The notes: generated from the letters alone by a model not told the origin. A DNA stretch of 63,001 bases, filler included, from Conidiobolus incongruus B7586 (GCA_000697335.1; 11 parts of 11 records of this genome joined end to end with filler, not necessarily neighbours in it); one strand, 5' to 3'. Counted from the whole stretch's first letter, positions 41,008 to 54,894 are shown. Numbers and translations are program-made.

Positions 41008-41982
41008 ATGGACTACGAACAGATTCGGAAAAATGCTTACCCTTTCAATTATATTATGTCCTTTATATCGCTAACGATAACGACGCTTGGGATAACATTG
41101 TGCTCTTTAGTTTTAAATATTATTTTCAAAAACAAATGGTCAAAATTACATATAGATCTAAAATTAGTTACAATAACACTATGCTTGGACTTGTTAGAAG
41201 CATTGTTGGTGCTACCAAGTGCGATCTTTGATATACTTGGATTAGTAAATTGGATGCCACCAAAGCTTAACTGCGACGTGAATGCTATACTCTATATTTT
41301 AGCTTTTGTCACAGAAGTGAACTTTGTAGCGGTAGTGGCAATAGAACGATATGCATTGATTGTTCATCATAAGAAATTAAAGATTATACATTACATTTTG
41401 ATTCTTGGAATACTTTTCTCGATAAATATAGCTAGCTGTACTGTTGGATATATGTACAATGGGTTCGCTATACATCCAACTGCGGTTTATTGTTTATTCA
41501 AACTTAATAATTTTGGGGGTAGAGTAGCGATGTGCACATTGGCAGTTTCCATGTTTTCGTGTATATTTTTGATATATTATGGATATATCACAATTATGAT
41601 TAAAAGAAGACAAGATTTATTAAATATGCGAGAAATGTTTCCTCTAAAATCGAAACAAATTACTCATCAAGCTAACTCCACCATTATCAAATCTTTCATC
41701 TTAATTATGGCAAGTACTATCACTAATACCCAGTATTCCGTCTTGACCATTATAAGTTTAGTCAAGCCAGAATTCTATACCGTTGTTGTGGATACAATTT
41801 GCACAGCATGCATTCTATTGAACATATTAATGAATACGCTACTCTTACTAGGAATGCGACCCGATTTATTAGATCAACTCAAATCAAAATTCAATATTTC
41901 TAATAATTCAGATTTTTATAATGAGTCAACTCAAATGCAGGATTTATCGAATGAATCTCAACAAACTATCATCTCCGTATAA
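41008..41982 (+). CDS. Class A (rhodopsin-like) 7TM GPCR-like protein, intronless
   Basis: 324 aa, 7 TM segments; CDVNA...AIERY; HPTAVYC; LNILMNTLLLLGMRPDL. Confidence 0.92.
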   Translation: MDYEQIRKNAYPFNYIMSFISLTITTLGITLCSLVLNIIFKNKWSKLHIDLKLVTITLCLDLLEALLVLPSAIFDILGLVNWMPPKLNCDVNAILYILAFVTEVNFVAVVAIERYALIVHHKKLKIIHYILILGILFSINIASCTVGYMYNGFAIHPTAVYCLFKLNNFGGRVAMCTLAVSMFSCIFLIYYGYITIMIKRRQDLLNMREMFPLKSKQITHQANSTIIKSFILIMASTITNTQYSVLTIISLVKPEFYTVVVDTICTACILLNILMNTLLLLGMRPDLLDQLKSKFNISNNSDFYNESTQMQDLSNESQQTIISV

Positions 41983-43087
41983 ATACTCTAGTATACATAT
42001 TTATCATATTGCTGGCCATTATTCATTTATTTATTAATAAATTTTTAAATGTTCTTGACATTTGTATCAAAGTTATTATGTATTTAATTTTTATGAACAA
42101 ATTTCAAAGCTATAAATTTATAAATAACAAAGCTTTTTACACACATCAATGCATATTTTTCGGAAATTTCCTATTAAGTCATATAATGAATATAGAAAAT
42201 TTATTTTTCTATTTTCAATATATAAGGGTTACTAACTGTACTCAAGAGTTGTAAAACATTCTTATATATTGTGTTTTATATGATATTTCAATATCAAACT
42301 AAGAAATATTTTATTATTATTTTCATTTATTACTTTTTAATATTTAAATAACTCCAGTAAAAGCTAAAATGACTGAAATAAAGCTCCATTAGCCGAGACA
42401 TCAAAGGAATATGGGACTTTTTACATTAGATTAATTGACCAAACCTGAAACAAATTTAATGGTTACATTTACATACAATTCTTAATTGTAATATTTATAT
42501 CATTTGTTTAAAACATTTTTAATATTCCAAATATTTATTTTTCAAAAAGATTGGAAGATTCCCAAATATTCCGTAATCTTCTTTAGATTTTTTAAAGTTA
42601 CATTGGAATTATTAATATAGTAAGATTAATAGAATTTTTTCTCAATATTTTTTATAAAGTGTCAATCATTACACTAACTTTGTTTATTTATGTATCATCT
42701 AATGTATAATAATTTCAAAATATTTGTTTTTGTAGATATCTAATTACATATTAATATTAAATTAAAATAATTGAATGATAAAAATCTCAAAGATTAAGAG
42801 AATTTGAATAATGACAAAATCTGGAGGACTTATTATATAATCGCTTATCTATACATAAATATATTAAAATTCATGTATTTTAATGAATTTAATATAAATT
42901 ATTAAAGAGTATATATATATTGATATTATATACTTTTATTATAATTTATTAAATAAAACATTGGATAAATTATAAATCATATCAAAACAATTTACTAATA
43001 TTACTTTAAATTTTAAATAAAAAGAATTTTTAAAAGAAAATAAATAGAGATTATAATATATAGGTTAAATATATATAATATAAAATT

Positions 43088-43441
43088 AATACCCTTTGTT
43101 AATAACAACTTTATTCTCTATTTTTGTTAAGTTTTTAACATCTAAAAAACAATTTTTTTATTATGGACTAAAATTTGATAATTTATAAATTAATTAAATT
43201 TTTATATAAACTTTCTTTTTTATATGCTGATTTTTTAATAACTTAAATTAATCATAATCATATGGATTATATTTTATTGAATATACTAGCTAGGTAACTT
43301 TTTTTAATATTTTTAATTAAAAATTTTTTTATTTATTTTATATTATTAATTTTCTCAATTATTAAATAAAAAAATGGAAATTTTTAAATTATATTGAATA
43401 TATTAATTAGAAAAATATTTATTAGAAATTAATATAAAATT
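43088..43441 (-). mobile_element. Highly degenerate mariner 3' fragment
   Basis: Similar to 25840-26190 (AATAACAACTTT...AAAATTTGATA...CATATGGATTAT). Confidence 0.65.
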
Positions 43442-43574
43442 NNNNNNNNNNNNNNNNNNNNNNNNNNNNNNNNNNNNNNNNNNNNTTAATTAATTAANNN
43501 NNNNNNNNNNNNNNNNNNNNNNNNNNNNNNNNNNNNNNNNNTTCATTTTTAATTATTATATAAAAATATAAAGT

Positions 43575-44951
43575 TTATTTAAGTCATGAATTTCTGTATT
43601 TTGGTTATATAAAGAAAAATAAACTTAATATATATATTTTTTCTTTTCTAACTTTTTTAAGTTTATAAGATATAAAGTTAACTAATATTTTATATTAAAA
43701 AAGATTAATCTTATTTTGTACTTCTTAAATATATTTTTCAATCTAATTTAAATTTTTTATTAAAAGGAAAATTTTAATAGCTTTTTTAATTAATCTTTAA
43801 GATATTTAATGAGATTAAGTTTAAAAAATTATGAAAACCACTTTATAACTATTATTTTGTTATTCATAAGTTATTTGGTAATAAAAGTTATAATATAACA
43901 AAAGGTATTATTTTTTTGGAAAATAATATTAGATTTATCTAACTTATATTATTTAATGATATTTTAATACATTATTTAAAATACCTTAGTATATCTGAAT
44001 ATTAATTTATCTATTAATTTTTCAATAATATCCTATATCTAAAAATAATATAAATCCTTAAATAATAATTAATCTATTATTATACTTTTAGGTATAATTA
44101 ATATAATATTCATAAAGTAATTTAATATCTTTTCTAAAAAATCTAATTTATTTATCAAATTTAATAAAATAAATTTTTGTTTTATTAGATTAAATAGCCT
44201 TATTTTAATTAATTTTAGTTCAAAATTAATGATGACATTTAAGCTCCTATTTGGCTTTATAATGGGATTTCTTTAGTTGGGGGTGTTTTTTTTAAAATAT
44301 AAATGATATCTATATTAATATAAAATACATATAATAGTATTAATGTTAATTAATATCAATTTATAGTTTTATAGTTCCTGTTGTATTTTGACCATAATAC
44401 TATATTTACCTATATTAACCAATTTATAAATATACTTCTCATTATATTTATTTATAATCTTAACATATTTAAGTTTAAGTTTAGATATACTTATATTGTT
44501 ATTTTTAATAACCTTAACTATAGTAAATTAGCTAACACTAATAATTCTAGTAATATCATAAGTTGAATTATTTTTTTTATAAAGTTAATTAGTATATAAG
44601 TGAATTTTTTTAAAATGGGATATAGGTATATTAATTCTAATCAAAAGAATTTAATATATTTATAAAATATTATATAAAATAATGACAAAGAAAAAAAATA
44701 TGGTTATATATTGTTAAATATATCCTTTTACCTCAAAAACTTATAAATTTATGACTTATTTTAAATAAGTCTTAAGGGTTAATATTTTTGCTAATAATTT
44801 ACTAAATATATTTAAATATATTAATTTATTATCAAATAATAAACCTTAATTATATACTATAGTTTTAGGTAATCTAATTTATATAATTTTTTTATTTATA
44901 AATTAAAAAATATATATTTTTGATTTTATAAGTTATTTTTATAAATTAGTA
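43575..44951 (-). mobile_element. Degenerate Tc1-like (DD34E) copy
   Basis: Contains GGGATTTCTTTAGTTGGGGTGTTTT and the terminus TTTTGATTTTATAAGTTATTTTATAAATTAGTA. Confidence 0.88.
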
Positions 44952-45528
44952 TATTTAAACTCCTATTATTCTTAAAATATAATCTCTTTAGTTAAGGGAA
45001 TTATTTCTTAAAATATAAGCAATACTTATCCTATTATAAATATTTATAATAATTTTAATATTAATTGATATTATTATAGAACCTTATTATCTTTTATATT
45101 AACAAAATCAGATTATATATACTAATATTGGTTAATATTTAAATATATCTTTTTTTACTTATTTATTATATAAATATATTTAAAATTAAGCTTAAATATA
45201 TCTTTATTATTGGTTTTTATAACTTTAGTTATAATAAACTAATTGATATTAATAATCACAATAACTTCACAAATTGATTTATTTTTATAAAAAAATTAAA
45301 ATATAATAATCATAATAATAAAAATAACGATTATATCAAATCTAACAAAAAAATCTAAATAATTATGAATAGAAATATCAAAAAATATAGCTAATTTTTA
45401 TATTATATAGCATTTAATTAATAAATAANNNNNNNNNNNNNNNNNNNNNNNNNNNNNNNNNNNNNNNNNNNNTTAATTAATTAANNNNNNNNNNNNNNNN
45501 NNNNNNNNNNNNNNNNNNNNNNNNNNNN

Positions 45529-45648
45529 ATAATTCAAAACTGTTTATTTTTCCTATTTGTTTTGTATATATTTGCTTATTTGAAATTAATAATATATTTG
45601 AAAAATCAGAAATTAAAAAATTTCCCATTTCTTTAATTCTATAGTAAT
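45529..45648 (-). mobile_element. Mariner terminal fragment
   Basis: TTTGAAAAATCAGAAATTAAAAAATTTCCCATT...GTAA|TA. Confidence 0.75.
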
Positions 45649-45650
45649 AT

Positions 45651-47667
45651 TTTAACAAAAAAATATAATAATAAGTTAATTATAACTTAGGGATATATAT
45701 TATCTTCTAGTATAGGATATCTTTATAAAATTGATAGGGGAATTAATACTAAGATATATCAAAATATTCTAGATAATAAATTAAAAAAACTATTGAATAA
45801 TATAGGACAAATAAATTATATATTATTTTGCAAAAAAATAATACTTTTTGTTATATTATTATTTCTAATATTAAATGGTTTAAAAATATTACTTTATAAT
45901 TTAAATAATGGGAATTTTGTGTGATTGAAAAAAATAAACATTTTAATATATAACAAATAAAAATCAATATTTAATATATAATTAATAATTATTTTTATTG
46001 TTAATAACTTTTTGCTATAATTTTAATAAAAATCTAACACTTAAGAAATAATTCTTTTTATTAAAGATTGAAATTCAATATTTTATAAATTAATTAAAAT
46101 TTTTTTTAAAATTTCTCTTTTTTATAAGCTAGTTTTTTAATTACCTAAAACAATTATAATCACATAGGTTATAATCTAAAGGATATACTAGATATGATAG
46201 TTCTTTTTAGTTATTTTTAATTAGAAAGTTTTTTATAATTTTAAATTTATGTAATTTATAATTATTATACAAAATAATAGGTATTCTTAAATTATATTAA
46301 GAATATAAATTAAAAATAGTTTTATTTAAAAAAGAGATATAAGGTTTATTATTAATTATTTTTCTTTTTAAAACTAAATAAAAATATTATATATATTATA
46401 ATATATTATAAAAATTAATATTTATTTATCAATATAATGATTATTTGAAAAATTTATAAAAAGGGTTGATTTAATTTAATCCAACACCTTTATTTATGTT
46501 TTAGTAAAGAATTATATAATAAAATCTAAAATTCATCAATTGTAATAATTTATTATGAAAATCTTTGGTTTTTAGCTATATCTTAGTAAGATTTGTTTAA
46601 TAATAGCTATTCTAGTTATTTTGTAAGATTTAGTTTAATTATAAGGTATTTATTTTATATTTTTATTAATTAATTTTAATTTGAACTTTAATATATATAA
46701 AATACTTATATAACTAATATTAAAATATATTGCTAATTCTCTTGCTAAAATAAAAAGATATTTTTCAAAATAGTTTTTTATTTTATTAATAACTAGAAAA
46801 ATAATAGTTCAAATTAGTCTTCTAGATTTTAACAGGTATTGGGTAGTTTCTCTCTTAATTTTTAAGTAATTTTCCTAGCAGTAAACTCTTGTTTTAGATA
46901 ATACTTTATTATTAAAAGCTATTTATAATTTTTAAATAATTTTAAAGAATTTTTGGTTAAGTTTCATTGATATTAAAATTAAATACTTTTGATGGTTATT
47001 ATTTATTTAAAATATATTTAGTCTTAATAATTAATTTTATAAAATTAATTTTTTAATCAAAAAAATTACTATATATAATTCCAAATTATTTATTTTCTTA
47101 TTTGTTTTATAAATATTAATTTAATTAAAACTAATTATATATTTGAAAAATCAGAAATTAAAAAATTTCCCATTTTTTTAATTCTATCATAATAAAAAAA
47201 ATAGTTATGAAGTGGTATCTTTAATCCCTTAATTTTAATCTAATTGAATATCTTTAGGATCAGTTAAAAAAAGCAGTTAAAACTTTCCTATTAGCAAAAA
47301 ATTTAAATAAGCTTTAAAAATATATTTAAGGAGCTTAAAACAAAATTAATCCTTCTTAATATAAAAAGTTAATTGAATCTATATCTTATAGACTTAAAAA
47401 GGTTAGAAAAGCAAAAAATAGATATACTAAGCTTTAATTTTCTTTTTATAACCAAAATATACAATTTTTTACTTATTTTAAATAAAATGAAAATTTTAAT
47501 ATATTAATTAAAAGTTAAAATAGTTAGAACATATATATTTAATTATAAATAAATAATATACATTTATTATATATTTTAATTTAATTTAATTTAATTAAGA
47601 ATTAACAGAGTTATTGATAAAGATATATATAATAATAATTTAATAACTTATTTCTGTATATTAGTAT
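45651..47667 (+). mobile_element. Tc1-like copy (3' half) interrupted by a mariner insertion
   Basis: Tc1 sequence stops at ...AAATGGTTTAAAAATA (45888) and resumes at TAAAAAAAATAGTTATGAAGTGG (47193); degenerate right TIR at about 47640-47667. Confidence 0.85.
45889..47192 (-). mobile_element. Mariner full-length degenerate copy nested in Tc1
   Basis: TA-flanked, both termini recognisable. Confidence 0.88.
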
Positions 47668-47812
47668 ATATATTCATTAATACTTTTATAATTTTTAAAA
47701 TAATTATTTTAANNNNNNNNNNNNNNNNNNNNNNNNNNNNNNNNNNNNNNNNNNNNTTAATTAATTAANNNNNNNNNNNNNNNNNNNNNNNNNNNNNNNN
47801 NNNNNNNNNNNN

Positions 47813-48169
47813 ATCTAAAGCTATAAAAAACTTTCTAATTAAAAATAACTGGAAAGAACTACCACATCCAGTATATTCCCCTGATTATAACCTGTGTTTA
47901 TAATTGCTTTGGGCAATTAAAAAACCAGCTTGCTGGAAAGAAAATTTCTACAGGAAAATTTAATTGGTTTGTGAAATATCAAATTTCAGTCTTTAATAAA
48001 AAGAACTATTTTTTAGGTGTTAGAAGTTTGCTAAAAGTATAGCAAAAAGTTATTAATAATAAAGGAAACTATTAAATTTATATTATATATTTATTTTTAT
48101 ATATCATATATTCAAATGTTTATTTATTTTTAATTGCAAAAAATTCCCATTATTAAAAATATAGAGTAA
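47813..48169 (+). mobile_element. Mariner 3' end (lightly mutated)
   Basis: HPVYSPDYN..., CFGQLKNQLAG; terminus ...ATAGAGTAA|TA. Confidence 0.9.
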
Positions 48170-48171
48170 TA

Positions 48172-51100
48172 GGCTAAAATATTCTTAATATTTTCTAGGG
48201 GTACCTATATAGCTTTTTTAATAGGATAACCTATTTATTTTATATAAAAATAAAGCTTGTTCCTAATAAATTTAAATTTAATTATATAATCAATATAATA
48301 TTCTTCTTCTCTATTTTAATTAATAATTAAATTTAGTTTTGGGGTTTTTAATCAATTAGGAAAAATATCAAAATTTTCAAAGTATGGTTTGATTTTAGTT
48401 ATATAAAAAATAAAGTTAATTCTTAAAGTTAAAGGTAATTCTAAAGTAATATTTTTAAAATTTAAATCAATAGATTAAATCTTATAAGGACTATAATATA
48501 ATGGTAAGTATTTTAGATTTAAGCTAGATTTAAGTAAAGTAGGTTTAAAATCAGATTGTTCTAAATATACAAACATGTTAAATTTATATTTAAGAGGATT
48601 TCTAGATAACTTTGAGTATTGTTGTTCTATAATCTTTTAATTTTCTTTTAAGTTAAATTTAACAAAGGAATTAATATACTTGATATTAGATTAAAATTCA
48701 ACAATATCCAAAAATAAGTTGATTTAAAGTTTTAGAGTAATTATTAAGTTAGGATGTTTATTATAATTAATGAAATAAAATTAAAACTTGTTGATTTATT
48801 AATAAAATTGTTAAATAAATATTAGAGTTAGTAGATATAGGTATTTTAATCTAACTAATTAATGTTAATATAAGCTTTAATCATTTACTTTAAAGTTTTA
48901 ATAGTTTTTTCAACAAGTTTATTAGTTTAATGATAATTAGTAATAGACATAGTTAGATTAATCTTGAGGGAAAAGGATAGTAACTTCTAAAATCAAGAGT
49001 TGAATTATATATTTCTATTAGATACAATAGTTTGTAGAATTCTGTAATTGGTAAAAATATTAAAAAATAATAATTGTACAATATCATTAACTATAGAGGT
49101 TTTAAAATAAAGAATAAAATAAACATATTTATAAAATGAGTTAATTACAATTAGTAAATTATCATAACCATTTGTTAATTTAAGAATTTCTATAAAATCA
49201 AGTTAGATTTATTGTTAAATTTCATTAGGGACTTGTAGAAGAATAAGTTTATTATATTTTAGTTAAGTATTATATTTAGTTCTTTAGTATATATCATAGG
49301 TATTAATATATTTCTAAACTAATTTAACTAGGGAAAGCTAGTAATACTTTATTTTAATTCTTTTAGTAATATTTAATTAGTTTTAATATCCTCTAACAAG
49401 TAAGTTATAGCATTTATTATATACTGTTTATTGGATCTTAAGAATATTAGGAACATATAAACAATTATTATAGTATAGTAGGTTATTGATAATTTTAAAT
49501 CTTTTGACATATTTTAATTGGTTTTCTAATAATTTAAAGAGTTCTTCTTTGATTTAAATAAAGAAATTATTATTTGGTAGTGTTTTTTAAAGTAGTTTAA
49601 TAAATTTTTTATTTCATTCATTAATAATCATTGAGTTAATATTTGCTGGGTTTTTATAATTAAAACAAAAGGATAAGTATGTAAGATTTTTTAACAAGGT
49701 ATCTACAACATAATTCTATTAACCTAAGTGATATTAAATAAAGAAAAGTTAAGCTTAGATAGTTTTAATCTATTTAACTAGTTTTCTTAATAAATACTTC
49801 TGAGTATTTAAATAGATAAGTAATTTATAATTTGTAAATATTAAGAAAAGGTTACAAAATAAGAAATATGAGTGATTTTTGATTATTTCTATTAAAGCAA
49901 AAAGTTTTTATTTATAGACTAGGTATTTTAATTCAGCTGGTTTTATTTTTTTTAACTAGAATGTTATTAGTTTTAAAGTAATATTTATAAAGTTAAACTT
50001 AATTTATTCTCCCTTATTTATTATTTTATTTTATAGTTAAAAGATAAAATATAAATTAAATTTAAACTAAGCTAACTATCTAATAATTACAAAAGAACTA
50101 AATTTAGTAAAAATAATGATAGGTAGTTTTAGATTAAAGATAGATAAAATAAGAGTAATAATAATATAGAAAATTAAAGCATTTATGTAAAAAGTATATA
50201 ATGGGGTTTATTTAGAAAAAAAGTCTTTTCTTAAGAAATTAGTAAAAAGAGTAACAAGTTTAATAAAAAAATCAATGAAATCTTTAAAGTAATTTAATAA
50301 TCTAAATATAAATATAAGTTAATCTTTGTTTATAAGTATAGTAAAAGCTTTAAGACCATTGAGTTTTGTTAGATTAATACTAATTCCTTAAGAGGAAATA
50401 ATATAACTATAGAAAGGGATAGAAAAGGTACTAAAGATGTATTTTAATAGTTTTAAATGTAATTTATGTTCTTAAATAATTTGTAAAACTTAATTAACAT
50501 GTTAAATATATTCTTCTTTAGTTTTTAAATAGATTAGGATATTATTAAGGTAAGTCATAATAAAGTTATTAAAGCTAGGGTTAAAACAGGAATTAATAAA
50601 TTAAGTAAAAGTTATAGAAGTATTATATAATGTAAAGTTTATAACTGTAAATTTATAATGGTTTAAAAGAGTGTTGAAAGTAGTTAAAAGAATAGAATTT
50701 TTTTTAACTTTAATATTATAATATCTATTCTTAATATCTAATTTAGTGAATATAGTTGATTTAAGTAATTTATCCCTATTATTATATAGGTTTAGTAATA
50801 GGGTTTTATTTTTAATAGTGTTAGAGTTTAAAACATAGTTGTTAATATATAATTTTTAACTACCATCAGCTTTTTTTATAAAAAGAATTAGAAATTTTAA
50901 TAATAAGGAAAAAAGTCTAATATACCTATTTTTAAGTAGTTTTTAGATTTCTTCTTTTAAAGTTTGATATTGTTAAAAAGATCAATGGTAAGTACCCTTT
51001 GAATTTAATTATATACTAAGGAATTATTTAATTTTATGCTTAATATTATATTTAAGAGGTAATTTATCTATAAGTTCAAAAATATTAGCAAATTAACTTA

Positions 51101-53446
51101 CTATATTGTATAAGAAGTAATCATTAAATATAACTTCATTGAAGTTAACAGATGAAGTGCTAATAGTTAAATAATAAACATATACATATTTTTATAAATT
51201 ATTAGGGTTTTTAATTAGTTTTTTATATTGATTTTTACTTATAATAATAAAATTATTTGCTATAATTGTAGAGTTAGTATTAGATATAATATTTAATAGT
51301 TTTATAATAGAGTAATATAGATTTTTTAAGATTAATTCTACTAATTTCTTTTGGAATATAAAAAAAATAAATCTCTAACTTTTTAAGGTAATATTCATAG
51401 ATATAAAACTATGATATTTAAATTAATTTTAACTTAGTATAAAATTATAATTAATATTACCAACTAAAAATTTAATATATTGGGAGTAGTTAAGAAATAA
51501 TAATAGGTATTTAAATACAGTATTAGATTTTTATTCTATTAAGTTATTAGTATATTTAATTATTAAGATATTTTGTTAGATAGGTAAAGATAGCTTTACA
51601 AAAATAAAAAAAAGATAATACAACTAAAACAACTAAAATTGATTAAAACACTAATAATTTTATTTATAAAAGAACTAATTAATACAAACAATAGGGTAAT
51701 ATTTAAAGGTAAAGAATTATAAGATAGATTAGTTACTAAAATATTTTTAGTTTCTAGTAGTCTAATCAGTTAGATTTCTCTAGTATATATAATTTAATTT
51801 ATAGAATCATTAGTCTATTAGAACTTTTGTGGATTAGATTAGAACTTGCTAATTAATTGTAAAAAAATGATTTTAAGGTTATATTAATATTATTTAAGTT
51901 TGATTTATGGTTGGTAAGTTGGGATTATTAAGAATTAAACAGATATTATTTCCTTAATGGGTATTTGTTAGCTTTATAGTTAGCTTAAGTTTTTTAACAG
52001 TAGTAACAACTTTTATTTACTTTTAAATAGGTTTTAACTTCTTTATTAAAGGTTTTCTCTTAAAGTTTCAAAACAGAAACATTTATCATTTGAGATATAA
52101 GTAAGCTAGAGTAAATTTTAAAAGATTAATTATTAAGGTAAAAAGATTTAGTTATAAAATAAAAGATAACATCAATTATAATTACTACATTATAAATGTT
52201 AGAAAAGGATATATTATTAAAGTATTCCTTACTAACTAATTAAAGCTTCACTTGAAGATTAAAATATTATAATAGTTTGTGGATTTATTTTTCTTTAGTT
52301 ATATTTAATATATTTAAACATATCTCATTAAATTTCTTAATTAATTATTTTATAGAAGTTTTTTATTTAAGCTAAGAAAGCTTTTCTCTTGCTAATTAAA
52401 TTTAATTTTTTAAGTAATACCTCTCTTTAAAAGCTTTTTCCAATTGTTTAAAAGTTTGTATTTTTATAGTAGGTTATCCTCATGAAGATTTTTTAGGATT
52501 AAATTTAAAATCAGTAAACTACTAGGTATCAACAGATTTTTCTAAAAAAGAAGTGGCTAATTTAAAGATATTCTTTAAATCTTTATTAGGGATTAAATTA
52601 AGGTAATTTTTTATATTTTTAAGATAGTTTTCAAGCTTATAAAGGTTTTTAAAACTATCATAAGTAGTTAATTTGTTTTTAAAAATGCTAAAGAGGTAGT
52701 TTAATATATTAACTATAGTAAAATAGTTGGTTTATTAGATTTAAGATTTTTAAAACATATTTTTTTTAATCAAAAATTGTTTAATATAGGTTTCTTAAAG
52801 GGTAATAAGCTTTTAAAAGCTAAAGTCTAAGATTTACTTAGTAATTAAGCTGTTATATTCATTAAAATAATATGAAGATATCTTTTTTTAGCAACATTAT
52901 AGTATATAGTAATAAATTTAAATAAAATAAATTATAGATAAGATTTAAAATAGTAATAAATAGATTTGATACAGATAGTTATTAATTTCTAATAGATTTT
53001 TAGTAATTTTATTGCTGCTACTATATAAGTATAGTGGTAGTTTAACTAATATAGTATAGTGGTAGTTAAAGCAATATACTATAGAGGAAAACTAATATAA
53101 AAGTAATATAGCACAGAATATAGTAATATAATGTAGTTATAGTATGCAAATGTAAATGAAATTTAATTAAGCTTTAAACTAGGGTGAGTCAATGATATAT
53201 TAAGATTTATATTAAATAGTGTTGGTATATTATAATATTAATAGGAAGTAGTTTCAATCTTAAAAGTAATGTAAAAATAAAAAATAGTAAGAATTGAGAG
53301 GGAAAAAAAGAACCTAGTTTATTAGATAATTCAATGCTATTTATATAATTAATTTAACTATATAAGTATAAATTAATCATATAATTTATAGTTAATTGAA
53401 TTATGTCAAAGTATATATAAGAATTTAAAGAACTATTGTCTTAATA
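48172..53446 (-). mobile_element. Degenerate Ty3/Gypsy LTR retrotransposon (chromovirus), 3' end truncated
   Basis: On the minus strand, in order: LTR (53023-53446); gag Zn knuckle CYYC..(H)..(C) at about 52000; protease LI(D)(S)(G)C at about 51640; RT FTKLDIKN.YY...YL(NN)ILIY at about 50530-50760; integrase LDF/IVS(D)R(D) at about 49000-49250; (G)PY at about 48490; chromodomain EEEYI.D...GYP..A.(W)VPLEN at about 48180-48315. Confidence 0.9.
53023..53446 (-). repeat. 5' LTR of the Gypsy element
   Basis: Reverse complement of solo LTRs 58081-58484 and 62356-62754; followed by PBS-like TAGTAGCAGC (TGGTAGCAG-like). Confidence 0.85.
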
Positions 53447-54560
53447 TATAAAGTTAATATTAAAATATATTATAATTTTTTAAATAATATAAAAAATTAT
53501 ATTAAATATTATATGTTTAATAGATTATAAATTATTTTGTAATAAAATAACAATCTTTTCTATATCATCATTTTTATTATTAAATAGCTTAATAATAGCT
53601 TAATAATAATTTTAAAATAATTTCCTTAATTTATATAATTTGAAATTNNNNNNNNNNNNNNNNNNNNNNNNNNNNNNNNNNNNNNNNNNNNTTAATTAAT
53701 TAANNNNNNNNNNNNNNNNNNNNNNNNNNNNNNNNNNNNNNNNNNNNATAAATAATTATTTTAAAATATAAATAATAATATTACCTTTATATGATATTTT
53801 ATAAAACTTTTTTCAATATTTATGGAAAATAAAGATTAACTTTAAAAGTAAATATTTTACATATTTAACAGAACTATTTAATATATTAATATAAAAAAAT
53901 CTAATAAAAAAGTCATATATATTATAATAAAATATTAATATTAATATAGCTATATTGATTCAAATTTTATTTATTAAAAATATATGATCTTTGTTACCAC
54001 CTTCACCATATTCATCAGTTATTGATTCTTAAGACTTTAAATACTTTTGTAAACTTAAGAGTTTAATATATAAGAAAGAATTATTAATATATCATCTTTA
54101 ATGGTATAAATTTAAAGATAAATTATATATATATTCAAAAATATTAAGCTATCAACATTTATATAGAACTATATCATTGAAAAATAAGGAAGCTATTAAT
54201 AATTAAATAATATTATTTTTGCTTTTAATTTATTATATATATATAATATATATATATTTTATGATATATATTATATAAACATGTGTTTTAATTTTAGTGA
54301 TTTATATATGCTCTAATAAACAATGAATGGACGAAAAATATATTTTTTGAGCTTATATGTAAGATAAATTTTGAAACTTGAATAAGTATCTTCCTATATT
54401 ATAATTTATATTATCAATGTTTTATCGATATTTTATAAATATATTTATTATAAAATTTAATAAATTAATGAATTAAAATTTCTAAATAATAAAAAAAGAT
54501 TATTTGATTAATTTGTTTATCAATTTATTTAATGATTAATATAATTAATTATAATAATAT

Positions 54561-54894
54561 TGACACTGGCTGGAAAGTCAAGTTTCTAATAACTTTTAAG
54601 TAAATAGTCGTCTTCCGGGACGGCACCTATTAGGTGATATAAAAGGGGTAATTTATTGTTTAACCTGGATAATTGGGCTGTACCCCGGGAAGAGGACCGA
54701 CGTGATAACTTGGCTGTAGTCTGCATATTTAGAGTATGTTTGACGTGTCTTCCCAGCATACGAGCGAAACGTCGGATGGAATGATTGATTGCATTGCTTG
54801 GGTGTATTTTATGGTTACGTTGCAGGTGGATCTGTGACGGGGTTCTCGAATGAATTGAATTGTTAAGGACGAACGGGTCCTACGGCCAGTGACA
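54561..54894. mobile_element. Solo LTR-like insertion of a different family
   Basis: TGACACTGGC...GCCAGTGACA (9/10 inverted termini, TG...CA), ATAT on both flanks, GC/CpG-rich, 334 bp. Confidence 0.75.

Noticed and set aside
14781..53446. Alternative genetic code or stop-codon readthrough explaining the frequent TAA/TAG in TE ORFs
   Set aside because: Stops differ between copies, derive from both CAA and TGG, and accompany missense transitions; host genes use the standard code.
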